37,476 nt of DNA. It comes from a virus (Duplodnaviria > Caudoviricetes). The stretch's first letter is position 1. Each line of letters begins with the position of its first letter. The DNA lies in IMG/VR virus record IMGVR_UViG_3300023246_000127, positions 1-37,476 of that record; one strand, written 5' to 3'. The notes beneath the pieces are model-generated. The model had not been told where the DNA came from and ran no database searches. It saw nothing but the letters and a program-made list of their open reading frames with translations. This document shows, in pieces, positions 1-7,866 of the stretch. A program made the position numbers and the translations under genes.

Positions 1-2
1 TG

Positions 3-209
3 ATCGGTGGCGAAACACAGATAGCGGGATATGAGTCATTATCGCTTAATTTTGGTGCGGTATCTTCGTTTCTAGGCAAGGGAACGCCATATATGAGCGT
101 AGACCGCCTTGTAAGCAAAACAGGGTATCGTATGGGCTTGTGGGTGGGGCGTGACTTCAATCTAGGCGTATACAGGGCAGGTATTAAAGCAAGTGTACCT
201 CTCTGGTAA
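3..209 (+). CDS. 3' end of a gene running in from the left edge; possible outer-membrane beta-barrel protein
   Basis: Manual translation of frame 3: IGGETQIAGYESLSLNFGAV...GYRMGLWVGRDFNLGVYRAGIKASVPLW*. Alternating hydrophobic/polar strands and a terminal aromatic residue. Start lies outside the window. Confidence 0.5.
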   Translation: MGGETQIAGYESLSLNFGAVSSFLGKGTPYMSVDRLVSKTGYRMGLWVGRDFNLGVYRAGIKASVPLW

Positions 210-326
210 TAATAGGTTATATATATAAGACGGTTCTATGAGTGACAAGTCAAAGCGTTTCATTCGTAAGATAGTTCATTATATTAAGATGCTTATATGG
301 CGTCTATTGGAGTGGATAGAATGGGA

Positions 327-722
327 ATGAAAATGAAACTCAAGCGTACCTACTTTGGAAAGACTTACACAATCGGTAAGCTATACTTGCATAATATCTA
401 TTTTTGTGATACAATTGAGGATGTGGTCAGAGACTTATCAAAAGAGGAAAAGGTCTATGGTAAAACTGCAATTCCGTTTGGTACATATAAAATCACAATC
501 TGTTATTCGGAAAGATTTAAAAGGCAACTCCCTTTATTAAAGGATGTGCCTTTTTTTACGTCTATAAGAATACACTCAGGCAACACAGATAAGGACACGG
601 AAGGATGTTTGCTCGTCGGAGAAAACAAAGTTAGCGGAATGGTAATAAACTCACGCAAGACTTTAGACGACTTGATGTTTATACTTTCCCGCTTTGAAGA
701 TATTAGTATAGAAATTTGCTAA
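327..722 (+). CDS. DUF5675-family protein (putative peptidoglycan-active/lysis-associated)
   Basis: Motifs LKR...TIGKL...CDTIED, TAIPxGTY, IRIHSGNTxxDTEGCLLVG. Likely start is ATG 327 or 333 within the 297..722 ORF. Confidence 0.8.
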   Translation: MKMKLKRTYFGKTYTIGKLYLHNIYFCDTIEDVVRDLSKEEKVYGKTAIPFGTYKITICYSERFKRQLPLLKDVPFFTSIRIHSGNTDKDTEGCLLVGENKVSGMVINSRKTLDDLMFILSRFEDISIEIC

Positions 723-732
723 TAGGAGGTTT

Positions 733-1584
733 ATGAAATGTTATAATTTTAGAATACCTTGCGAAGGCAGAGGAGACGTATTCTCTATTATCCCTATGGG
801 GTGCGTTCATTTAGGTAACGATAACTGCGAGAAAGAGAAGTTTAAGAACATGGTTGATTACATAAAGAATAAAGAGAAAACGTATTGGGTCGGAATGGGC
901 GATTATTGCGACTTTATAAATTACAAAGACAAACGGTTTGACCCCGGCACAATAGATCAAAAATACTCCATAAAATCATTAAAGACATTGCACCAAGAAG
1001 AAACTAAAGAAATGGCGGAGATTTTAAAACCGATAGCAAACAAATGTATCGGACTAGTAGAAGGAAACCACGAACAGACCATAGACAGAGACTACCTATT
1101 TAACCCCGTTGACTACCTTGCAACCGAATTAAACACCGTAAACCTTTCCTATATTTCGATAGTATCATTACTCTTTGATAGGGGTAGCCATAGCACAAGA
1201 GGTGTAGATATATTTCTATGGCATGGCGACGGTTCGGTAGCTAACGATGGTGGTGCGTTAAATAAGGTAATGAGACTTGAAAGTAAGTTCGATGCAGACA
1301 TATATCTAATGGCTCATGTTCATAGAAAGGTTTGTGGAACTAGAATAAAACATTTCAAAACAAGAAGTAAGGTTCCCTTGCTTTTGCAGAAGAAAAAGCT
1401 TTTTGGCGTAACAGGGACATTTCTTTCAACATACCAACAAGACAAGAAAAGCTATGGAGAGAAACCAGCTTATGACCCAACACCTATCGGAGTTTTAAAA
1501 ATAACCATAGAGCCATTTGTAAAGCAAAGAATAGGAAATAGAAAATCAATCGAACTTCCACCGAATATGCACATATCAGAATAA
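733..1584 (+). CDS. Calcineurin-like metallophosphoesterase
   Basis: (G)CVHLG (DxH variant), GMGD, GNHE, WHG and AHVH metal-binding motifs; GGAGG RBS. Confidence 0.85.
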   Translation: MKCYNFRIPCEGRGDVFSIIPMGCVHLGNDNCEKEKFKNMVDYIKNKEKTYWVGMGDYCDFINYKDKRFDPGTIDQKYSIKSLKTLHQEETKEMAEILKPIANKCIGLVEGNHEQTIDRDYLFNPVDYLATELNTVNLSYISIVSLLFDRGSHSTRGVDIFLWHGDGSVANDGGALNKVMRLESKFDADIYLMAHVHRKVCGTRIKHFKTRSKVPLLLQKKKLFGVTGTFLSTYQQDKKSYGEKPAYDPTPIGVLKITIEPFVKQRIGNRKSIELPPNMHISE

Positions 1585-1633
1585 TATAATCTACCGTCGA
1601 TGAAATAAATTTAAAAGTATTTATTCAAAGGTA

Positions 1634-1662
1634 TTGACTTTTGTTTAATAACTTTGTACAAT
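1634..1662 (+). promoter_or_regulatory. Sigma70-type early promoter
   Basis: TTGACT (1634-1639), 17-nt spacer, TACAAT (1657-1662), with an AT-rich upstream region, in the intergenic gap before the early genes. Confidence 0.8.
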
Positions 1663-1716
1663 ATAGAAGCAACGAAAGAAAGAGAAATAAAGAACGGACA
1701 ACTAAATGACACAATC

Positions 1717-1813
1717 GGGTTTGGGTGAGCAAATTCTAAATAATAGGACAATCGGTGAGGATTGTTTTTTCATTTGCCCCTGTATATCGAACTCACCTTC
1801 GGTTGCAGGGGTA
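1717..1813 (+). ncRNA. Structured early leader: three hairpins with complementary 6-nt loops
   Basis: Hairpins 1717-1736 (loop GGUGAG), 1745-1768 (loop GGUGAG, followed by a U-run) and 1775-1813 (loop CUCACC). Several G-U pairs favour + strand RNA. Confidence 0.65.
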
Positions 1814-1832
1814 TTTAATTTAAGGAGGAATC

Positions 1833-1970
1833 ATGGTAAACTTTGATTATGTAAGTGATGATGCGTTGGCTCAAGAAGCGGACAGGATTAGCGATGAACA
1901 CATTGCTGAGAAGGCACGGAGTGAGTATGAGAACGAGTTTTTATCTTGCGGAGAGGAGGAAGGGGAATGA
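1833..1970 (+). CDS. Small, very acidic protein (45 aa), first early gene
   Basis: AAGGAGG RBS; MVNFDYVSDDALAQEADRISDEHIAEKARSEYENEFLSCGEEEGE; ATGA-coupled to the next ORF. Below the ORF-track cutoff. Confidence 0.75.
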   Translation: MVNFDYVSDDALAQEADRISDEHIAEKARSEYENEFLSCGEEEGE

Positions 1971-2110
1971 GGGTACTTAAATATGTAATCGATGTAATAT
2001 TTGTTAGTATACTATTTGATGTGATAAGGCATTTTAGTGGATTTGAGGGTATGGTTAAGGTTGGTTTAGTTATTATTGTTTCACTTGTCGGATTCAAGGA
2101 GGAAAAATGA
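1967..2110 (+). CDS. Small membrane protein (47 aa)
   Basis: MRVLKYVIDVIFVSILFDVIRHFSGFEGMVKVGLVIIVSLVGFKEEK; two hydrophobic segments; ATGA overlaps at both ends. Confidence 0.65.
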   Translation: MRVLKYVIDVIFVSILFDVIRHFSGFEGMVKVGLVIIVSLVGFKEEK

Positions 2111-2403
2111 GAGTATACTGTAAGCATTGCGGAGAAACGATTAGAGAGGACATAGAGGGAGACGGAAAAACTGTTCAGTCGTACCACGACCAATGTATAA
2201 GGAAGGGAGTTATAGAGAAAATTCAAGGGTTGAACGGTAGGTACACAAGGGCTTTAAATGACGTTAAGGCAAGTATGGCTATCGTAAGCGATCGGATTCA
2301 GCAGTTACAGCACGAGTTAGGGGAAGCGAAGAAGGAAACTCTAAACGCAATTACTAACCTAGAGGTAATACAAAACGCAGTGAAGGAGAAAGTCGATGGA
2401 TAA
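2107..2403 (+). CDS. Hypothetical protein, N-terminal Zn-binding motif plus coiled coil
   Basis: CKHC...HDQC; AAGGAGG RBS. Confidence 0.7.
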   Translation: MRVYCKHCGETIREDIEGDGKTVQSYHDQCIRKGVIEKIQGLNGRYTRALNDVKASMAIVSDRIQQLQHELGEAKKETLNAITNLEVIQNAVKEKVDG

Positions 2404-2605
2404 GCACCTAAAGGGTTTGACCGAACCGCAGAAAGACTTATTGGTTTACATGAAAGATGACAATAGAAGTGTCCGTGCCGAAACATATAAAGAAGACAGG
2501 AATGTATTGATTTCTAAAGGGTTGGCTAAAAAATATGGGAAAAATTATGAATGCACACCCGACGGTGAGAAGTGTGCTAAAATAATAAAGGGGGAACGAT
2601 TATGA
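2396..2605 (+). CDS. Hypothetical protein, possible winged helix
   Basis: LTEPQKDLL...LISKGLA...TPDGEK pattern; AAGGAG RBS. Confidence 0.6.
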   Translation: MDKHLKGLTEPQKDLLVYMKDDNRSVRAETYKEDRNVLISKGLAKKYGKNYECTPDGEKCAKIIKGERL

Positions 2606-2705
2606 CAAAGGAAACGCAAGAAATAGTTCGGTTGATATGGGTAGACATAGTAAAGATGCAGGAAGGGAAGATGAAGTCAAATAATGTAGTGAAGGGGTGC
2701 AAATA

Positions 2706-3671
2706 ATGTGTCAATTTATAAGTTTTTTCCATAACCCATTAAATGGGGATATCGCAGTAAATGACTTAAATTCTCATGGCAATACAGAAACGGAGTTGAA
2801 ATTGAATAAAAACATCTGGAGAGAAGGTCATTATCTTCCTAATGGTGGGGTAGAGTTGCGTTTTAATCCCGACGACATTACACCAGAAAACTATGAAGAA
2901 CATTTTAAAAATAGATTTCCCACGTTCATTGATTTCTTTAATTATTGCATTATGTCAACGAATTCAAAAGAAACATTTGGTGGTTACCTCGACTTGGACG
3001 GGCTTACGAGTGCAAAGGGATTGGTGCTACCGAAGAGTGTTGGTGGTTCCATCGACTTGAGCGGGCTTACGAGTGCAAAGGGATTGGTGCTACCGAAGAG
3101 TGTAGGTGGTTACCTCGACTTGGACGGGCTTACGAGTGCAAAGGGATTGGTGCTACCGAAGAGTGTTGGTGGTTCCCTCTACTTGAGAGGGCTTACGAGT
3201 GCAAAGGGATTGGTGCTACCGAAGAGTGTAGGTCGTTCCCTCGACTTGAGCGGGCTTACGAGTGCAAAGGGATTGGTGCTACCGAAGAGTGTAGGTGGTT
3301 CCCTCGACTTGGACGGGCTTACGAGTGCAAAGGGATTGGTGCTACCGAAGAGTGTAGGTCGTTCCCTCGACTTGAGCGGGCTTACGAGTGCAAAGGTATT
3401 GGTGCTACCGAAGAGTGTAGGTGGTTACCTCGACTTGAGCGGGCTTACGAGTGCAAAGGGATTGGTGCTACCGAAGAGTGTAGGTGGTTACCTCGACTTG
3501 AGAGGGCTTACGAGTGCAAAGGGATTGGTGCTACCGAAGAGTGTTGGTGGTTCCCTCGACTTGAGCGGGCTTACGAGTGCAAAGGGATTGGTGCTACCGA
3601 AGAGTGTAGGTCGTTCCCTCGACTTGAACTATAATGTAAGAGCGGAGTATGAAAAACTTAAGGAGGTATAA
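2706..3671 (+). CDS. LRR-like repeat protein with ten 21-aa repeats
   Basis: Repeat GG[YS]LDL[DSR]GLTSAKGLVLPKSV; likely start ATG 2706 (MCQFISFF) inside the 2697 ORF. Confidence 0.85.
   Translation: MCQFISFFHNPLNGDIAVNDLNSHGNTETELKLNKNIWREGHYLPNGGVELRFNPDDITPENYEEHFKNRFPTFIDFFNYCIMSTNSKETFGGYLDLDGLTSAKGLVLPKSVGGSIDLSGLTSAKGLVLPKSVGGYLDLDGLTSAKGLVLPKSVGGSLYLRGLTSAKGLVLPKSVGRSLDLSGLTSAKGLVLPKSVGGSLDLDGLTSAKGLVLPKSVGRSLDLSGLTSAKVLVLPKSVGGYLDLSGLTSAKGLVLPKSVGGYLDLRGLTSAKGLVLPKSVGGSLDLSGLTSAKGLVLPKSVGRSLDLNYNVRAEYEKLKEV
2979..3626 (+). repeat. 63-bp tandem repeat, 10 full copies plus a partial copy
   Basis: Near-identical unit ggtggttccctcgacttgagcgggcttacgagtgcaaagggattggtgctaccgaagagtgt[at]. 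Confidence 0.97.
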
Positions 3672-3844
3672 TGTTTAAACACGGAGAGGGCGAAGCAAAA
3701 CAAGCTAGACTAAACTATAAGGGCGACAAGAAGCTGATTGTAGAGTCATTTAAAGAGGGGTTAGAGGAAAGAAGCGGTGCTTTACCGTATATCCTTGTAA
3801 TAGTCTTTATTATTGGTGGGATAGTTTACGGGTCTATGAAGTAA
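3671..3844 (+). CDS. Small protein with C-terminal transmembrane segment (57 aa)
   Basis: AGGAGG RBS; ends LPYILVIVFIIGGIVYGSMK; TAATG coupling to the previous gene. Confidence 0.65.
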   Translation: MFKHGEGEAKQARLNYKGDKKLIVESFKEGLEERSGALPYILVIVFIIGGIVYGSMK

Positions 3845-3872
3845 GGAAAACTAAACTTAAAAGGAGAGTGTA

Positions 3873-4649
3873 ATGGAAGACCAGATTATAGCAGTAGGCG
3901 GAGATCACGAAGAAAGTAGCATAATGAACATGGAAGAAAACGTAGACATTATTGTAGCGAGGGCAGAGAAACAAGTTGAAGCACTAAGGAAAGTTTTAAA
4001 AATAGCCGTATCAAGGACAAACTCAAGCGATTGGTTAAATCAGCAAGGTAAACCATACTTGGGTGCTTCGGGGTGTGAAAAGATAATGCCTGTATTCGGT
4101 GTATGCTTCAAGGATCTAAAATACGAAAAGAAGGTTGATAGTGATGACGGTGGTATCTATTATATCTACATTTACACATCGACAGCATATTGGGGTGGTG
4201 GTAGTATCGTTGCTTTAGGTAACTGTTCAAGTAGAGATAAATTCTTTGCATGGGACAGTAGCGCACAAACATACAAGCCCCTTTCGATAGTTGACGAGTG
4301 TTCTGTTATGAAAGCCGCATATTCAAATATGACGATGAATGGAACTACTAGACTACTTGGTATTCGTAACTTAAAATGGGAACAGTTGGCAGAATTTAAT
4401 ATCTTCCCAGAAAAGTCGGCAAGGGTAGATTATGCAAAAGGTGGTGCTGGTGGTGGTTTAATTAGTGAAGCACAGAGAAAAAGACTTTTTGCCATATACA
4501 CAAAAGCAGGGAAGACCGACGACGAAGTAAAGAGTTACATATTAGAAACACACGGATATAAGTCTTCAAAGGAAATAGAAAAAACAAAGTATGAGGAAGT
4601 ATGTAATTGGGTAGAAACAAAGTCTCCTGATTTCGGAAGTGAAAAATGA
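3873..4649 (+). CDS. Putative single-strand annealing protein (phage recombinase)
   Basis: GKPYLxxxGCEK motif; Gly linker and C-terminal ISEAQRKRLFAI helix typical of ERF/Sak-type tails; coupled to a nuclease gene. Confidence 0.6.
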   Translation: MEDQIIAVGGDHEESSIMNMEENVDIIVARAEKQVEALRKVLKIAVSRTNSSDWLNQQGKPYLGASGCEKIMPVFGVCFKDLKYEKKVDSDDGGIYYIYIYTSTAYWGGGSIVALGNCSSRDKFFAWDSSAQTYKPLSIVDECSVMKAAYSNMTMNGTTRLLGIRNLKWEQLAEFNIFPEKSARVDYAKGGAGGGLISEAQRKRLFAIYTKAGKTDDEVKSYILETHGYKSSKEIEKTKYEEVCNWVETKSPDFGSEK

Positions 4650-5623
4650 GTCTTGAGATAGCTGAAAAGCTTGTTGACGAGATAGTGTCTAAAAGAAAGG
4701 CACATCTACAATCCAAAATTCAGAGGTTTCCGGCTAACAACTTTAGGGCATCTAATATACATGAGTGTGATCGCCACATGGTTTACTCTGTTGTGAATTG
4801 GAAAGAGCAATCATTATACGATGTAGGATTACAAGCGATATTCGATGCTGGGAACAAGGAAGAAAAGAATGTAAAGCTTACACTCCTTGAGTTGGGATAT
4901 GAAACAATAGAGGCACAGACAGCTTTTGAGATACCAAATAGAAAGGGCGAGGTTATGTGTAGGGGTCATATTGACGGTAAGATAGTTAAAGACGGCGAAG
5001 CTATCCCCGTTGAAATTAAGAGTATGGATCCGAACATCTTTAGAACGATAAACTCTATTGACGACTTTCAAAAGAAACCGCATTTACGAAAGTATCTTCG
5101 GCAGATGCAAATGTATCTATACGGTAACAACGAGGAAGCGGGATTTTTCCTTATCTCAAACTTTAGGGAACATAAGCTATTTGTAGTTACTTTAGACTAT
5201 GGAGAATGTGAGTTTATACTTAAAAGACTTGAGCGTAATTGGGAAATGGTAAAGAAGAAAGAATACCCCGATAGAATAGAATACAACGAGAAGCTATGTA
5301 GTCGGTGTAACTTTAAGCATATCTGTTTGCAAGAAGTAAAGAACGAAGGAACTAAGATGATTGACAACAAGGAACTTGAGGAACGGCTTGAGAGAAGGGA
5401 AGAACTGAAAGAGTACGTTTCGGAATACAAGTCTTTAGACGAAGAAGTAAAAGCACCGTTTAAGCTTAAAAAGATACCACTTGCATTTGTGGGTGATAGT
5501 TGGCAGATCGCAACGAAGGTACGAACAGATGAAAAGTTAGACACAAAGGCATTGCCTGATGATATTAAGAAACAATATTCAAAAGATGTAGAAGTAGTTA
5601 CAACGACGATATTAAAGCTTTAG
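4646..5623 (+). CDS. Cas4-like PD-(D/E)XK exonuclease
   Basis: ASNIxxCxR, GHIDG, VEIKS, QMQMY and CxxCxxxxxC (four-Cys Fe-S arrangement). Confidence 0.85.
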   Translation: MSLEIAEKLVDEIVSKRKAHLQSKIQRFPANNFRASNIHECDRHMVYSVVNWKEQSLYDVGLQAIFDAGNKEEKNVKLTLLELGYETIEAQTAFEIPNRKGEVMCRGHIDGKIVKDGEAIPVEIKSMDPNIFRTINSIDDFQKKPHLRKYLRQMQMYLYGNNEEAGFFLISNFREHKLFVVTLDYGECEFILKRLERNWEMVKKKEYPDRIEYNEKLCSRCNFKHICLQEVKNEGTKMIDNKELEERLERREELKEYVSEYKSLDEEVKAPFKLKKIPLAFVGDSWQIATKVRTDEKLDTKALPDDIKKQYSKDVEVVTTTILKL

Positions 5624-5629
5624 AAAACC

Positions 5630-5653
5630 GCCCCGGCTCCCCCCGGTCGGGGC
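5630..5653 (+). terminator. GC-rich hairpin after the recombination genes
   Basis: gccccggc / gtcggggc stem with a C-rich loop, followed by ttaattt (weak U-tract). Confidence 0.5.
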
Positions 5654-5678
5654 TTAATTTAACAAAAGGAGAAATGTA

Positions 5679-5843
5679 ATGGAAGGTGAAATAAGGGATT
5701 GGAAACAAGCAAGAGAAGATGCACAGAATGACTATAAAGATGAGTTCTCGTATGAAAACGACTACGATTACAACAATCATTGGGAAAATTCAGCAAGAGC
5801 AAAAAGATATGAGCGTAGATTGTCAGGTGAGTCAGAAAAGTAA
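5679..5843 (+). CDS. Small hypothetical protein (54 aa)
   Basis: AAGGAG RBS; MEGEIRDWKQAREDAQNDYKDEFSYENDYDYNNHWENSARAKRYERRLSGESEK. Confidence 0.55.
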   Translation: MEGEIRDWKQAREDAQNDYKDEFSYENDYDYNNHWENSARAKRYERRLSGESEK

Positions 5844-5848
5844 ATAAG

Positions 5849-6005
5849 CTCTTTGGCGTAGTGTCGTGATAGACTGATATATCAAGTTCGGTGTCAAGAT
5901 TGTTGACATTTAACGACACGAGGGATATGTACTTGCGTAATGAGACTTATGTGAGTGATAAAAGTGTATCCTTATATTGCATTAATCAAGTGCCTACGCC
6001 GAGAG
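5849..6005 (+). ncRNA. Candidate multi-stem structured RNA (~155 nt)
   Basis: Nested stems: 5852-5861/5994-6003, 5862-5867/5913-5918, 5892-5897/5903-5908, 5921-5928/5966-5973, 5931-5940/5947-5956 (GAGA in loop), 5979-5983/5989-5993. Confidence 0.6.
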
Positions 6006-6023
6006 TATTTTTAAGGAGAGAGT

Positions 6024-6290
6024 ATGAAATGTAAAGATTTGATACTAGGTAGATTGGGAGAAGCAGAAGAACCGTTGGCAGTACACGAAATGAAGATAGA
6101 GGGCTACTCCGAGAATAACGTGGCTACTAGGTTGAGTGAGTTGGCTCCCTTAAGAGTGTATGGCGGTTACTGTAATAATAACGGTAAAAAGGAAAGGTTT
6201 AAGCGGTGGGTAACGATAGACAAAAAGCACTTGATTGAAGCGATGCAAAGGGTAAGGCACGACAGTAACGGACAGGGTGTGTTTCTGTGA
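6024..6290 (+). CDS. Hypothetical protein, possible HTH
   Basis: YSENNVATRLSEL recognition-helix-like segment; AAGGAG RBS. Confidence 0.65.
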   Translation: MKCKDLILGRLGEAEEPLAVHEMKIEGYSENNVATRLSELAPLRVYGGYCNNNGKKERFKRWVTIDKKHLIEAMQRVRHDSNGQGVFL

Positions 6291-6375
6291 ACGCACTAGC
6301 CGAGTTTGTTTTAATACTACTCGCACTAAGTCCAGCTATATGTCTTGTATGGGCTATAACGAAAACGTGGGGGAA

Positions 6376-6804
6376 ATGATGAAAAGCGAAAGACAGAAAC
6401 TAATCAAGAAGCTGGATACGATATTTTCAAGGTTTATAAGACAGAGGGATAAAGGGGTTTGTATCACTTGTGGTCGTTCTCAAGAATGGAAGCTAACAGA
6501 TTGCGGACACTACATAAGAAGGGGGGTGTATCAGTTTCGGTGGAACGAAAAGAACTGTAACTGTCAATGCAAGAAGTGTAACGGTTGGAATGAGGGCGAG
6601 AAAGACATATACAGACGTAAGCTAGTAGAAATGTATGGCAAGGACATAATAGAGATTATGGAAGCTGACAGGCATAAACCTTGTAAGATTTCAATAGGAG
6701 ATATAAGAGTTTTGATCGCACACTACACTAAAAAACTAGGAGGAACAAATGGCAAGGTGATAATCAAAAGGAGAAGACATGAAAGACCTAATCGCAAGAG
6801 GTGA
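6376..6804 (+). CDS. ninG: NinG/Rap-family recombination endonuclease
   Basis: KKLDxIFSRFIRxRD, CITCG, DCGHY, RWNEKNCNCQCKKCN; likely start ATG 6376/6379. Confidence 0.85.
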   Translation: MMKSERQKLIKKLDTIFSRFIRQRDKGVCITCGRSQEWKLTDCGHYIRRGVYQFRWNEKNCNCQCKKCNGWNEGEKDIYRRKLVEMYGKDIIEIMEADRHKPCKISIGDIRVLIAHYTKKLGGTNGKVIIKRRRHERPNRKR

Positions 6805-7069
6805 TGTTTTGAAGGTTGTAAAAAAGATAAAAAAGACTGATTATTTTTATGCCTTAAACCAAAAATGTGTAGAAATAATAGTAATAGAAAAAGCAATAAA
6901 CGCAATACCCTCTACCGAGAGGAAGGTGGATAGGTGCAAATTTACTCAAGTAGCTGGGAACCATGTATTCGACACAGGGTGTGGACATAGAGTGCAAGGC
7001 CACAATTTTAGTCATTGTCCTTACTGTGGGAAAGAAATAGCCGAAGCTATTGAGGGGGATAAATGTTAA
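6779..7069 (+). CDS. Phage hypothetical protein with C-terminal Zn ribbon
   Basis: DLIxRxDV N-terminus; CGH...FSHCPYCG; AGGAG RBS. Confidence 0.7.
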   Translation: MKDLIARGDVLKVVKKIKKTDYFYALNQKCVEIIVIEKAINAIPSTERKVDRCKFTQVAGNHVFDTGCGHRVQGHNFSHCPYCGKEIAEAIEGDKC

Positions 7070-7779
7070 GAACAATAACAAAAGATGAGTTAAAGATTAT
7101 TTTGGACAATCACACTTTGTGGTTGAATAATAAAGGTGGGAGTAAAGCTAACCTACGCTTTGCTAACCTAAGCTCTGCTAACCTACGCTCTGCTAACCTA
7201 AGCTATGCTAACCTACGCTCTGCTAACCTAAGCTTTGCTAACCTAAGCTTTGCTAACCTAAGCTCTGCTGACCTACTCTCTGCTAACCTAAGCTATGCTA
7301 ACCTACGCTTTGCTAACCTAAGCTCTGCTAACCTACGCTCTGCTAACCTACGCTCTGCTGACCTAAGCTTTGCTAACCTACGCTATGCTGACCTAAGCTC
7401 TGCTAACCTAAGCTTTGCTAACCTAAGCTCTGCTGACCTAAGCTCTGCTAACCTAAGCTATGCTAACCTACGCTTTGCTGACCTAAGCTCTGCTAACCTA
7501 CGCTATGCTGACCTAAGCTCTGCTAACCTAAGCTTTGCTAACCTAAGCTCTGCTGACCTAAGCTCTGCTGACCTTGATAAAAAATATGTTCAAATATCTT
7601 GTATAGGAAGTAGAAAAGGAATAACTACTTATTGCATAGACGATGATTTTATATGGTGTGCGTGTTGGACTGGCAACATAAAAGACTTTGAGAAAAGAGT
7701 AAGGGAAACACACAAAGAAAATAAACAATATCTTAAAGAGTATCTAGGTGCTATAAAGTATTTTAAGTCGTTAAAATAA
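7063..7779 (+). CDS. Pentapeptide-repeat protein
   Basis: ELKIILDNHxLWL...GxKANL N-cap, 28 A[ND]L[SRL][SFY] repeats, C-terminal IGSR...CACWTG..F domain. Confidence 0.92.
   Translation: MLRTITKDELKIILDNHTLWLNNKGGSKANLRFANLSSANLRSANLSYANLRSANLSFANLSFANLSSADLLSANLSYANLRFANLSSANLRSANLRSADLSFANLRYADLSSANLSFANLSSADLSSANLSYANLRFADLSSANLRYADLSSANLSFANLSSADLSSADLDKKYVQISCIGSRKGITTYCIDDDFIWCACWTGNIKDFEKRVRETHKENKQYLKEYLGAIKYFKSLK
7147..7575 (+). repeat. 15-bp tandem repeat, 28 copies plus a partial copy
   Basis: Unit gct[ag]accta[ac]gct[cta]t. Confidence 0.95.
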
Positions 7780-7866
7780 ACCACAAAGATATAATGCTCG
7801 GATTGGTTAAAGGAGCGGATATAGTCGAGTTATAAGACCCACCAAGTGCATAAAGGAGAATGGTAA

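Noticed and set aside
2979-3626. CRISPR array or DGR template/variable repeat
   Set aside because: Units are contiguous with no unique spacers and are in-frame coding. Changes are not adenine-specific and no reverse transcriptase is present in the window.
2945-3634. 229-aa alternate-frame ORF over the 63-bp array
   Set aside because: It is open only because the repeat unit has no stop in that frame. It has no RBS and begins and ends with the array.
4646-5623. CRISPR-Cas system suggested by the Cas4-like gene
   Set aside because: No cas1/cas2 or array. It is paired with an SSAP-like gene, the usual phage recombination context.
5903-5931. TTGACA at 5903-5908 as a promoter -35
   Set aside because: The hexamer at 17-nt spacing (TATGTA) is a poor -10, and TTGACA is explained as one arm of a hairpin.
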